Position numbers and translations under genes: made by a program. The notes under the pieces were generated by a model. It was not told where the DNA came from. It saw nothing but the letters and a program-made list of their open reading frames with translations, and searched no databases. A stretch of DNA of 64,000 nucleotides. Source: Terriglobia bacterium. GTDB taxonomy: Bacteria > Acidobacteriota > Terriglobia > JAJPHL01 > JAPKYU01. Positions 28,820 through 37,390 of this stretch are shown one piece after another. The DNA lies in NCBI GenBank assembly GCA_965206645.1, contig CBDBKE010000004.1, positions 1,440,001 through 1,504,000 of the forward strand, written 5' to 3'. Position 1 is the first letter of the stretch, and each line of letters starts with the position of its first letter.

Positions 28820-31366
28820 ATGAAAGCAATCAAGCTGTACCCGGCCGTGGTCGTGCTGGGCATTGCTTTCCTGTTGATCGAGTCCGTCTTCTGGGCAAGC
28901 GAGCAGAAGCAGCCCCTGGAAGTTGCCGTGCGGATGATTCTGCTGCGCACCTCCGAAGAGGCGCGGCAGGTTCTGGCGAACCTCCAGCGCGGGGAGGACT
29001 TTGCCGAGCTGGCGAAAAAGCACTCGATCGATTCCACCGGGCCGGCGGGCGGCTATCTAGGCAAAGTGAAGCTGTCGGATTTACGCCCCGAAATTCAGGA
29101 GGCCTTGAAGGGGCTGGCTGCAGGACAGGTGTCCGGGGTTGTCGAAACGTCGGGCGGCTACATGATCCTGAAGGTGCTTGAGGAAACGGAGAGAGCCGAA
29201 ATCGAGAGCGCGCAACGCGCCCCGGAGTCCCGACTGACCACCGACATCTCGGGAGGTGGAGTCGTGAAGGACCTGTTTGACCGCACCCAGAAGCCAGTCG
29301 GCTGGGAACAGGATTTGCCAACCATCTGCGCGGTTAAGCGCATGGCGGTTCGCAACGGATTGATACAATCGAAAGACAACAACACCCTGGCTCAGCTTTG
29401 CGTCTACCAGGGGGAATTAGGTCGGGCGGTCAAGTATTTCCAAGCGGTGTATGAACATGCTGTCGCCCGCGGCGACAAGCAGGTGCTGCTGGAATTGGAG
29501 GAGGTGCTGGGGATTGCTCACATGCGCCTGGCAGAGGTTGAGAACCGTGTGCCCAGCGCACGCGTCAAGACCTGCATGTTTCCGATGCTTGGCGGGGCGC
29601 AGCCGGAGCAGATGGCCAATTGGGAGGCCGCCATCCGGCATTTTCTCAAGTTCCTGGAGCAGCAGCCGGAAGACCTGGAGGTGAGGTGGTTGCTGAACCT
29701 TGCCTCCATGGCCGTGGGCAGGTACCCCGACGCTGTTCCCAAGCAATACCGGATTTCTCTTGCGCCCTTTGAGTCCAAGGAAGACGTGGGCCGCTTTGTT
29801 GACGTGGCCCCTTTGGTAGGAGCCGACACCTTCAACACGGCCGGCGGAGCGATTGTGGATGACCTGGACAATGACGGACTGCTGGACATTGTGACCAGCG
29901 CACTGGACCCTTGCGCGCCGATGCGCTACTTACATAACAGCGGGACGGGAGCCTTCACCGACCGAACCGCGCAGGCCGGGCTGATCAATCAGCTTGGCGG
30001 GCTGAACATGGTCCCGGCCGACTACAACAATGACGGCTGCCTGGATATTCTGGTGCTCCGTGGCGCATGGGAACTCCCCATGCGCAACTCGCTGCTGCGC
30101 AACAACTGCGACGGAACCTTCACCGACGTGACCCGCCCGAGTGGGGTGGCAGTGCCCGCCACCTCCACGCAAACCGCTGCCTGGGCCGACATTGATCTGG
30201 ACGGCAACCTGGACCTGTTCGTGGGCAACGAGCACTCGCCCAGCCAGTTGTTCCTCAACCAGGGCGACGGGACCTTCGTGGACATTGCGCCCGCCGCCGG
30301 CGTGGACCGGGTCATATTCACCAAAGCCGTCGCTGCGGGCGACTACGACAACGACGGCTACCCGGACTTCTACGTCTCAAATGGATTTGCAGAGAACTTC
30401 CTCTACCACAACAACCGGGATTTAACGTTCACCGACATGGCCAAACCTTTGGGAGTGCAACGACCCATTGGCAGCTTTCCGGCCTGGTTCTTCGACTATG
30501 ACAACGATGGCTGGCTGGACCTGTTCGTTTCCAGTCACTTGGGCTCGGTCGCGGGGGTCATCCGCAGCTACTTGCAATTGCCGGTTAATGCTGAGACCCC
30601 CAAGCTGTACAGGAACATAGGGTCGGGCTTCCAGGATGTGGCCAAGGAGGTTCGGTTGGACCGGATCTTCATGCCTATGGGGGTCAATTTCGGCGACCTG
30701 GACAATGACGGATTTCTCGATTTCTACCTGGGGACCGGCAGTCCTTCTTACGCAGGGCTAGTTCCAAACGTGTTGTTTAGGAATCACGACGGGAAGTATT
30801 TCGTGGATGTCACCGCTTCCTCAGGGACCGGCTGTCTTCATAAGGGCCACGGGGTGGCCTTCGCCGACATCGACAACGACGGCGATGAAGACATTTTTAT
30901 TCAGATGGGCGGCATGATGCCGGGCGACAGGCACGCGAACTTACTCTTCAGAAACCCCGGGCACGGCAACAACTGGATCCGTCTGCGGCTGGTGGGCGTG
31001 AAGACGAACCGCGGGGCCATCGGGACCCGCATCAAGCTTGGCGTGCAGACGCCCGAGGGTGGGCGCCGCTTCATTCACCGCCTCGTCGGCAGCGGCGGAT
31101 CGTTTGGCGCCTCCCCGCTGGAGCAGCACATCGGGCTGGGCAAGGCGGCCAGCATCGAAACCCTGGAAATCTGGTGGCCCACCAGCGACACGCGGCAGGT
31201 GTTCCACAACGTCGAGGCAAACCAGTTCCTGGAAATCAAGGAGTCGGAGAAAACATTCACGGCAGTCGAGCGGCTCTCCTTCTCATTGGGAGAAGAGAGC
31301 CGGAGGCACCCCACACGGCGCGAACCCCTACTGTCTCCGTCCCCGAGAGTCGAACAAAAACCCTGA
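28820..31366 (+). CDS. Exported parvulin PPIase + TPR + FG-GAP/VCBS + ASPIC/UnbV (CRTAC1-like) protein
   Basis: FAELAKKHSID..GGYLG rotamase motif, a TPR-like helical segment, repeated DxDNDGxLD motifs, and C-terminal GAIGTRI...HIGLG. Confidence 0.85.
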   Translation: MKAIKLYPAVVVLGIAFLLIESVFWASEQKQPLEVAVRMILLRTSEEARQVLANLQRGEDFAELAKKHSIDSTGPAGGYLGKVKLSDLRPEIQEALKGLAAGQVSGVVETSGGYMILKVLEETERAEIESAQRAPESRLTTDISGGGVVKDLFDRTQKPVGWEQDLPTICAVKRMAVRNGLIQSKDNNTLAQLCVYQGELGRAVKYFQAVYEHAVARGDKQVLLELEEVLGIAHMRLAEVENRVPSARVKTCMFPMLGGAQPEQMANWEAAIRHFLKFLEQQPEDLEVRWLLNLASMAVGRYPDAVPKQYRISLAPFESKEDVGRFVDVAPLVGADTFNTAGGAIVDDLDNDGLLDIVTSALDPCAPMRYLHNSGTGAFTDRTAQAGLINQLGGLNMVPADYNNDGCLDILVLRGAWELPMRNSLLRNNCDGTFTDVTRPSGVAVPATSTQTAAWADIDLDGNLDLFVGNEHSPSQLFLNQGDGTFVDIAPAAGVDRVIFTKAVAAGDYDNDGYPDFYVSNGFAENFLYHNNRDLTFTDMAKPLGVQRPIGSFPAWFFDYDNDGWLDLFVSSHLGSVAGVIRSYLQLPVNAETPKLYRNIGSGFQDVAKEVRLDRIFMPMGVNFGDLDNDGFLDFYLGTGSPSYAGLVPNVLFRNHDGKYFVDVTASSGTGCLHKGHGVAFADIDNDGDEDIFIQMGGMMPGDRHANLLFRNPGHGNNWIRLRLVGVKTNRGAIGTRIKLGVQTPEGGRRFIHRLVGSGGSFGASPLEQHIGLGKAASIETLEIWWPTSDTRQVFHNVEANQFLEIKESEKTFTAVERLSFSLGEESRRHPTRREPLLSPSPRVEQKP

Positions 31367-31558
31367 ATAACGACTTTTCCATGTAGCGGGTGCGGAGCCA
31401 AACAGGCTATCTCGGCGAGCCCTCGGGGTCTCAGCGGTCGGTTTTGAAACAGCTTAACAGCTTCTAGGGCATAGATTGCGGGTAAACAGCCGACGCGACC
31501 AGCTCGTCTTAAGCTACGGACAGAGAGGGATGGGTCTGTCTGCACTTGCTTGAGCTAA

Positions 31559-32776
31559 ATGGCTGAGTTTATTACCAGATACGCGAACGAGCGGGGCAAG
31601 GTGCTGGAGCAGATGGAGCGCGCTGACTCTGAGGAGGACGTGCGGTCGCGCTACGCCCAGCAGGGATTTTACGTCTTCTCGGTGCGACCGCGTGGAGCCT
31701 TTGTCCTAAGGAAGGCGAAGCGGGCTCCTGCGGCGCGGGCCGGTGCCAAGCTGGAGCCGTTCCTGATCTTCAACCAACAGTTTGTCACGCTGATCCGCGC
31801 CGGGTTGCCTGTGTTGAAGGCGCTGGACTTGCTGTCGGGCCGCATTGGCTACGCTCCCCTGCGCGAGCGGATCCGGGACGTACGCGAGCGCGTCCGCGGT
31901 GGCGCCCTGCTCTCGGAGGCGTTCAAAGCCCAGGGAATTTTCCCTAAGATCTACGTCACCTCGCTGCTGGCCGGAGAAAAAGCGGGCAGCCTGGAGGAGG
32001 TGCTGGACCGTTACATCGCCTACACGCGCTTGGCCGTATCGGTGCGCAAGAAGCTACTGGTTTCGCTGGTCTACCCGGCGCTGCTCTTGTTCCTGGTGAT
32101 CAACCTAGTGGCCTTCCTGACCGTCTACGTAATCCCCAACTTCGCAGAGCTTTACGCGGGCATGGGAGCCCAGCTTCCCCCTATGACCCAGGTGCTGATC
32201 GCAGTGGGACTGACCATTAAGAATTACTGGGTGGTGCTGGTGTTGGGAATCCCGCTACTGGGGGCGGCCATCTATTCCTGGTCCCGGTCAGCCAGTGGCG
32301 CGGCGCGCCTGGACAGGCTCAAGCTGAAGCTTCCACTGGCCGGTGAGATCTGGTTGAAGTACCAGGTGGCACAGTTCTGCCGGATGCTGTCCACCCTGCT
32401 TAGTGGCGGCATCCCACTGGTGGCGGCCCTGGAAACGGCGGCCGACTCGTTCGGCTCGGCGCTGGTGCGTAGGTCGCTGGAAGTGGCCGGCCGGGCGGTG
32501 CGGGAGGGGCGCACACTGTCGGCCGGCCTGCGGGAGTCGGCCCTTGTCCCCGACCTAGCCGTGGAAATGATCGAGGTGGGTGAATCCACCGGTGCGTTGC
32601 CCCAGATGCTGGCCAGCACCGCCGAATTCTACGAGGAGGATGTGCAGACCCGGCTGCAGGCCGCCCTGACGCTGGTCGAGCCGGCCATCCTCATCTTCAT
32701 GGGGGTCCTGGTGGCGTTTGTGCTGGTTTCTCTCTATCTGCCCATCTTCTCGCTGGCGGAAAGGATCCAGACATGA
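31559..32776 (+). CDS. pilC: Type IV pilus / T2SS inner-membrane platform protein (PilC/GspF)
   Basis: FNQQFVTLIRAGLP, AGEKAGSL, YPALL, VGESTGAL, LYLPIF. Confidence 0.9.
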   Translation: MAEFITRYANERGKVLEQMERADSEEDVRSRYAQQGFYVFSVRPRGAFVLRKAKRAPAARAGAKLEPFLIFNQQFVTLIRAGLPVLKALDLLSGRIGYAPLRERIRDVRERVRGGALLSEAFKAQGIFPKIYVTSLLAGEKAGSLEEVLDRYIAYTRLAVSVRKKLLVSLVYPALLLFLVINLVAFLTVYVIPNFAELYAGMGAQLPPMTQVLIAVGLTIKNYWVVLVLGIPLLGAAIYSWSRSASGAARLDRLKLKLPLAGEIWLKYQVAQFCRMLSTLLSGGIPLVAALETAADSFGSALVRRSLEVAGRAVREGRTLSAGLRESALVPDLAVEMIEVGESTGALPQMLASTAEFYEEDVQTRLQAALTLVEPAILIFMGVLVAFVLVSLYLPIFSLAERIQT

Positions 32777-34413
32777 GTGAACCGAAATACAGGGACGGAA
32801 ACGGAACCGAGCTGGCAACCAACGCGGCGGGCGAGGAGACCCGTGCTCGCGACCTGGCCGCCCGCTACCGCTGCCCGTTCATCAACCTGAAGGAGCAGCC
32901 GATTGATCACGAGCTGCTGCGCAGCATTCCGGTGGACCTGATGTTCCGATACCACTTCGTTCCGCTGCGCAGCCATAACCAGACGCTGGAGGTCGCCATC
33001 GCCGACCCCAGCCAGCTGGTGCTGATTGACGAGGTCTCGCTGCTGCTCAACAAGAAGCTCAAGCTGCGCGTGGCAACGCTCAACCAGATCAACGAGCTGC
33101 TGAAGAAGACCGAGCAGTCGCAACGCGTGCTGGAGGAAGCCACGGAGGGATTCACCCTGGACGTGATCCACGAAGAAGAGGGCCAGGACGAAACGCTCTC
33201 GATCGAGAAGCTGACGCGCGACAGCGACATCAGCCCGGTCATCCGCCTCGTGGATACCACCATCTTTACGGCGCTGGAACGGCGGGCCAGCGACATTCAC
33301 ATCGAGACCCGCGACAGCGAGGTGGCCATGAAGTACCGGATTGACGGCGTGCTGCACTACGCCATGCCGCCAATCGCCAAAGACTGGGCGCCGACCATCA
33401 TCTCCCGCATCAAGATCATGTCGGAGCTGGATATCGCCGAGCGGCGCATACCCCAGGACGGGCGGTTCCGGGTGCGCTACAAGAACCGCTCGATTGACTT
33501 CCGCGTCTCCATCATGCCCTCCATCCACGGAGAGGACGCGGTGCTGCGGGTGCTGGACAAGGAGTCCATGAGCGAGCAGTTCCGCCAGCTCTCCCTGGAC
33601 TCGGTGGGCTTCCCCGAGCATGATCTGAAGAAGTTCCGGCGTTACATCCAGGAGCCTTACGGCATGGTGCTGGTGACCGGGCCGACCGGCAGCGGCAAGA
33701 CCACGACCTTGTACGCGGCCCTGATGGAAATCAAGAACGACGAGGACAAGATCATCACCATCGAGGACCCGGTGGAGTATCAGATCAAGGGCATCACCCA
33801 GATTCCCGTGAATGAGAAAAAGGGGCTCACCTTCGCCCGCGGCTTGCGCTCGATCCTGCGCCACGATCCGGACAAGATCATGGTGGGGGAGATCCGCGAC
33901 AACGAGACGGCCCAGATCGCCATCCAGTCCGCTCTGACCGGGCACCTGGTGTTCACCACCGTCCACGCCAACAATGTGGTGGACGTGCTGAGCCGCTTTC
34001 TGAACATGGGGGTGGAGCCGTACAACTTCGTCTCGGCTCTCAACTGCATCCTGGCCCAGCGATTGGTGCGCCTCATCTGCGCGCAGTGCAGGCGCGCAGT
34101 TCATTATCCCGACCCAGACCTGGAGGAGTCGGGGCTGGACCCGAGGGTCTGGCGCGAGCGGTCTTTCTACGAAGGCGCCGGCTGTCTGGAATGTTCCGGA
34201 ACTGGCTTCCGCGGGCGCACCGCCATCGTCGAGCTGCTGGACCTGTCGGACCGCATCCGCGAGATCATCCTAGACAAGCGCCCTGCCTCGGAGATCAAGC
34301 GAGCGGCGAATGAGGAAGGCATGAACTTCCTGCGCGAAGCAGCCCTGGCCAAGGTCCAGGCAGGGGTGACGACGCTGCGCGAAATCAACAAGGTAACGTT
34401 CATCGAGGGATAG
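32773..34413 (+). CDS. pilB: Type IV pilus / T2SS assembly ATPase (PilB/GspE)
   Basis: ASDIHIE, PQDGRF, GPTGSGKT, TIEDPVE, LRHDPD, VGEIRD and two CxxC pairs. Confidence 0.92.
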   Translation: MSEPKYRDGNGTELATNAAGEETRARDLAARYRCPFINLKEQPIDHELLRSIPVDLMFRYHFVPLRSHNQTLEVAIADPSQLVLIDEVSLLLNKKLKLRVATLNQINELLKKTEQSQRVLEEATEGFTLDVIHEEEGQDETLSIEKLTRDSDISPVIRLVDTTIFTALERRASDIHIETRDSEVAMKYRIDGVLHYAMPPIAKDWAPTIISRIKIMSELDIAERRIPQDGRFRVRYKNRSIDFRVSIMPSIHGEDAVLRVLDKESMSEQFRQLSLDSVGFPEHDLKKFRRYIQEPYGMVLVTGPTGSGKTTTLYAALMEIKNDEDKIITIEDPVEYQIKGITQIPVNEKKGLTFARGLRSILRHDPDKIMVGEIRDNETAQIAIQSALTGHLVFTTVHANNVVDVLSRFLNMGVEPYNFVSALNCILAQRLVRLICAQCRRAVHYPDPDLEESGLDPRVWRERSFYEGAGCLECSGTGFRGRTAIVELLDLSDRIREIILDKRPASEIKRAANEEGMNFLREAALAKVQAGVTTLREINKVTFIEG

Positions 34414-34417
34414 TTTT

Positions 34418-34539
34418 GATAGCCGATCGCGGATTTCGGATTGCAGCATTAGCCACAGAGACACAGAGCGCTCAGAGCCGGAAAAGCTTTTTCTCTGTGC
34501 CCGTGTGGCTGAATCCGAAATCCGCAATCCGAAATCGTC
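34418..34539. repeat. Nested inverted-repeat element (outer heptamer arrays, inner CACAGAG repeats) filling the pilB-pilM gap
   Basis: GATAGCC GATCGCG GATTTCG GATTGCA ... AGCCACAGAGACACAGAG ... CTCTGTGCCCGTGTGGCT ... AATCCGA AATCCGC AATCCGA AATCGTC then ATG. Confidence 0.8.
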
Positions 34540-35487
34540 ATGGCTAGCGCGCACTCGGTTCCCAGAAACCTGTTCCACCGGCTCTGGCATGAGCCGCCGC
34601 CCTCGCTGGCCGTGGAGTTTTCCTCTGGCGGGGTGGCGGCGGCATGCTGGACGCCGGGGGCGGACACGGTAGATCAGTTCGCGAGCGAGCCGCTGCCAGA
34701 AGGGGCGCTGCGGCCTTCGCTGGCTCGCGAAAATGTGCTGAGTCCGGATGCGGTGCGTTCGGCGCTGGCGCAGGTGCTGGGGCGGATGAATCGGCGCAAC
34801 GGCGGCAATCTGGCCGTGCTGCTGCCCGACGTCGCGGCACGCGTCTCTCCCCTGACACTGGAGCAGCTTCCAGCCCGGCAGGAAGAGGCTCAGGCGCTGC
34901 TTCGCTGGCGCCTGAAGAAGACGGTGCCGTTTGAGGTGGAACAGGCTTCATTCGCTTACCAGCCAGTGGGTGATTCCCCTGAGGGGCGAGAGGTGCTGGT
35001 AGCGGTGGCCCCGCGAGTTGTGGTGAGACAGTACGAGATAGCGCTGGAGTCGTTGGGCTATCAGCCCGGCTTCGTCACCCTCTCTTCGCTGGCCGTGATC
35101 GGGCTCCTGCCTATTGCGGGAGCCGGTGCCGGCCGCGGCACCATGCTGCTTCGCAGCTCGGGGCGGCTGTCAACCATCCTGATGACCGGCTCCGACAGGC
35201 TACGCATGTTTCGCTCCTTTGAACTGCCGGCCGAGGAGCAATCCCGTTCGCTAGAAGAGATTGTCGGTGACGCGTATAGCTCCGCCGTGTACTTTCAGGA
35301 CACGTTCGGGGAAACGCTGGAGCGAATCTACCTGGCCGGGTTTGGCGGGCAAACGGCACAGTTGCAGAAATTGATCGAGCAGGAACTCGACGTTCGAGCG
35401 CAACCCCTGCTGGTGCCCGGAGTGCGCAGCGAAGACAACGACTTCCTCGGTCTCCACGGGATGATCGCCGAGCAGGCCAAAGCATGA
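34540..35487 (+). CDS. pilM: PilM-like actin-fold pilus assembly protein
   Basis: LPEGAL, LLPD..RV, RWRLKKTVPF and VLVAVA...YE; position in the operon. Confidence 0.75.
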   Translation: MASAHSVPRNLFHRLWHEPPPSLAVEFSSGGVAAACWTPGADTVDQFASEPLPEGALRPSLARENVLSPDAVRSALAQVLGRMNRRNGGNLAVLLPDVAARVSPLTLEQLPARQEEAQALLRWRLKKTVPFEVEQASFAYQPVGDSPEGREVLVAVAPRVVVRQYEIALESLGYQPGFVTLSSLAVIGLLPIAGAGAGRGTMLLRSSGRLSTILMTGSDRLRMFRSFELPAEEQSRSLEEIVGDAYSSAVYFQDTFGETLERIYLAGFGGQTAQLQKLIEQELDVRAQPLLVPGVRSEDNDFLGLHGMIAEQAKA

Positions 35488-35592
35488 TTGCGGAGACATT
35501 AGCCACAGAGGCACAGAGCCGGAAAAGCTTTCTGTGCTCGTCGTGTCTCTGTGGCTGGCGCCGAAATCTGAAATCCGGAATTGGGAATCGGC
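35485..35592. repeat. Second copy of the nested inverted-repeat element, filling the pilM-pilN gap
   Basis: CATTAGCCACAGAGGCACAGAGCCGGAAAAGCTTT...TCTCTGTGGCT...AATCTGA AATCCGG AATTGGG AATCGGC then ATG. Confidence 0.8.
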
Positions 35593-36162
35593 ATGCGCAT
35601 TGAACTGAACTTGGCGAGCCGCCCCGTCGGGAACCTGCGGCGGTTTTACGTGCTGGCGGGAACTGGCGTGGTGCTGTTGGCCCTGCTGGCCACCGCCCAG
35701 GCGACCATTTTCTTCCGCGACTGGTGGAGCGGGCGCGAGGTCAGCCAACAAACCGAGCGGCTGCGTGGCGAGGTGCGTCGCCTGGAGGCCGAGCAAGAAA
35801 AATTCGAGCAGCAACTTGAGGAGCCGCAAGCTAAGGAGGTAATGGGTTGCTCCGATTTTCTCAACGCTCAGATCCTGCACAAGAGCGTCTCCTGGACGCA
35901 AATTCTCATGGATTTAGAGGAGCTGATCCCGGACCGCGTGCTGGTGGTTTCCATCAGGCCGGAGATCGTGGAGCGCAGTCAGGTGCGCCTGGAGATGTTA
36001 GTCGCGGGCGAGTCCATGGGCCAGTTGCTGGAGTTTTTGCGGCGTATTGAAAGCTCCGCTAAGTTTGGGACGCCGGTCCTCAGCCAGGAAGTGCCGGCGC
36101 AGGACGACGCCCGGGACCCCAGCATCAAGCTGGGATTAAGCGTGCTCTATGGCCAAGAATAA
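35593..36162 (+). CDS. pilN: PilN-like protein
   Basis: MRIELNLASRP, TM helix, coiled coil, SWTQILMDLEELIPDRV. Confidence 0.75.
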   Translation: MRIELNLASRPVGNLRRFYVLAGTGVVLLALLATAQATIFFRDWWSGREVSQQTERLRGEVRRLEAEQEKFEQQLEEPQAKEVMGCSDFLNAQILHKSVSWTQILMDLEELIPDRVLVVSIRPEIVERSQVRLEMLVAGESMGQLLEFLRRIESSAKFGTPVLSQEVPAQDDARDPSIKLGLSVLYGQE

Positions 36163-36778
36163 TCAGCCCAACCGAGCCGCGGAAAGGGCCGCGGAAAGGC
36201 CGGTTTCCAGGCATCTCGTCTGGCGGCGCCTCCTGCAGGGCCTACTGGCAGGGCTGCTGGCGGTGAATATCTTGTTCTTCTCTCTGGCCCTGAAGCCGCG
36301 GGGACAGCGTGCCCGCGAACAGGCCGAAGTGTTCCGAGAGCTTGGCCAGGACCTGGAGTCCCGCCGGGAAACGGTGAAACGGTTGCGCAACATCGCTGCC
36401 AACCTGGGCCAAGCTCGCCGCCAGGGTCTCGAGTTCCACCAGGACAAGTTCCTGCCCAAGCCGACCGGATTCTCCATTCTCATGGAGGAAGTGGACAAGC
36501 TGGCGCGGGCGACCCGGGTGCGCAAGGGCACCGTAACCTATTCGCTGAGCCCCGTGCAGGGGCAACCCGACCTGAACGAAGTGCACGTGACGACGGTGTT
36601 GGAGGGTGACTATGCCAACATCGTGGAGTTTGTGAATCAAGTGGAGCGGTCGCCCCAGTTTATGATCATCGACAACATCGGGCTGGCCGGCGGCGGGAAC
36701 ACCAGGGCGAAGCCGGGCGCCAGCAAGGCCAGCCCGGTGCGGCTTTCGTTGCGTCTGGTGACGTTCTTCCGGCTGTAG
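36149..36778 (+). CDS. pilO: PilO/GspM-like protein
   Basis: TM helix, coiled coil, LEGDYANIVEFVNQVERSPQFMIID. Confidence 0.75.
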   Translation: MAKNNQPNRAAERAAERPVSRHLVWRRLLQGLLAGLLAVNILFFSLALKPRGQRAREQAEVFRELGQDLESRRETVKRLRNIAANLGQARRQGLEFHQDKFLPKPTGFSILMEEVDKLARATRVRKGTVTYSLSPVQGQPDLNEVHVTTVLEGDYANIVEFVNQVERSPQFMIIDNIGLAGGGNTRAKPGASKASPVRLSLRLVTFFRL

Positions 36779-36817
36779 CGGACACCAGATAAGGCCAAAC
36801 TAAGGCAAGAAAAACCG

Positions 36818-37390
36818 ATGGCCGCTTCGTTTCGCCTCCAAGACGGCAAGCGCTGGATCGCAGCAGCGGTGCTGCTGGCCTTTGCGGCCTTTCTGCTGTA
36901 TCGCGCCTTCTCTCCCTCGGCCCAGCAGGCTGCCAGCCGCGCTAGGGGGGTCGGGCCGGCAGCGGAGAACCGCTTGCGAAAACGGGCACGTGCTTCAATC
37001 TCGGGGGCATACGACCCTGCGCTGCGATTCGACCTGTTGGCCAAGGTGCAGGGCATCACCTACCAGGGGACCGAGCGCAACATCTTCCAGTACCATACGC
37101 GCGCGGCTCCGATACCGAAGCCAACAGCCAAAGCTGTTACCGAGTCGGCTTCCAAGCGTTCCGGCGAGGCGCCCCCGCCACCTATCCCCTTGAAGTATTA
37201 CGGGTATGCTCACAAGCCCGACGAAACCGCCAGGAAGGCGTTCTTCTTGGATGCAGAGGAAATTTTCATCGCCACCGAGGGGGAGATTGTCAACAAGAGG
37301 TATAAGATACTAAAGATAGGGGTGAACACGGTTGAGGTGGAAGACCTGGTGACGAAGAGCAAGCAAACTCTTCCACTGCAGGAAACCTGA
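36818..37390 (+). CDS. Pilus-operon membrane-anchored protein (PilP/GspC-like HR domain)
   Basis: TM, RNIFQY, Pro-rich linker, LKYYGY...AFF...EGEIVNKRYKILKI. Confidence 0.65.
   Translation: MAASFRLQDGKRWIAAAVLLAFAAFLLYRAFSPSAQQAASRARGVGPAAENRLRKRARASISGAYDPALRFDLLAKVQGITYQGTERNIFQYHTRAAPIPKPTAKAVTESASKRSGEAPPPPIPLKYYGYAHKPDETARKAFFLDAEEIFIATEGEIVNKRYKILKIGVNTVEVEDLVTKSKQTLPLQET

Noticed and set aside
31370-31558. c-di-GMP riboswitch upstream of pilC
   Set aside because: I could not find the GEMM consensus (GGCAAAC...GAAA...GACGCAAA).
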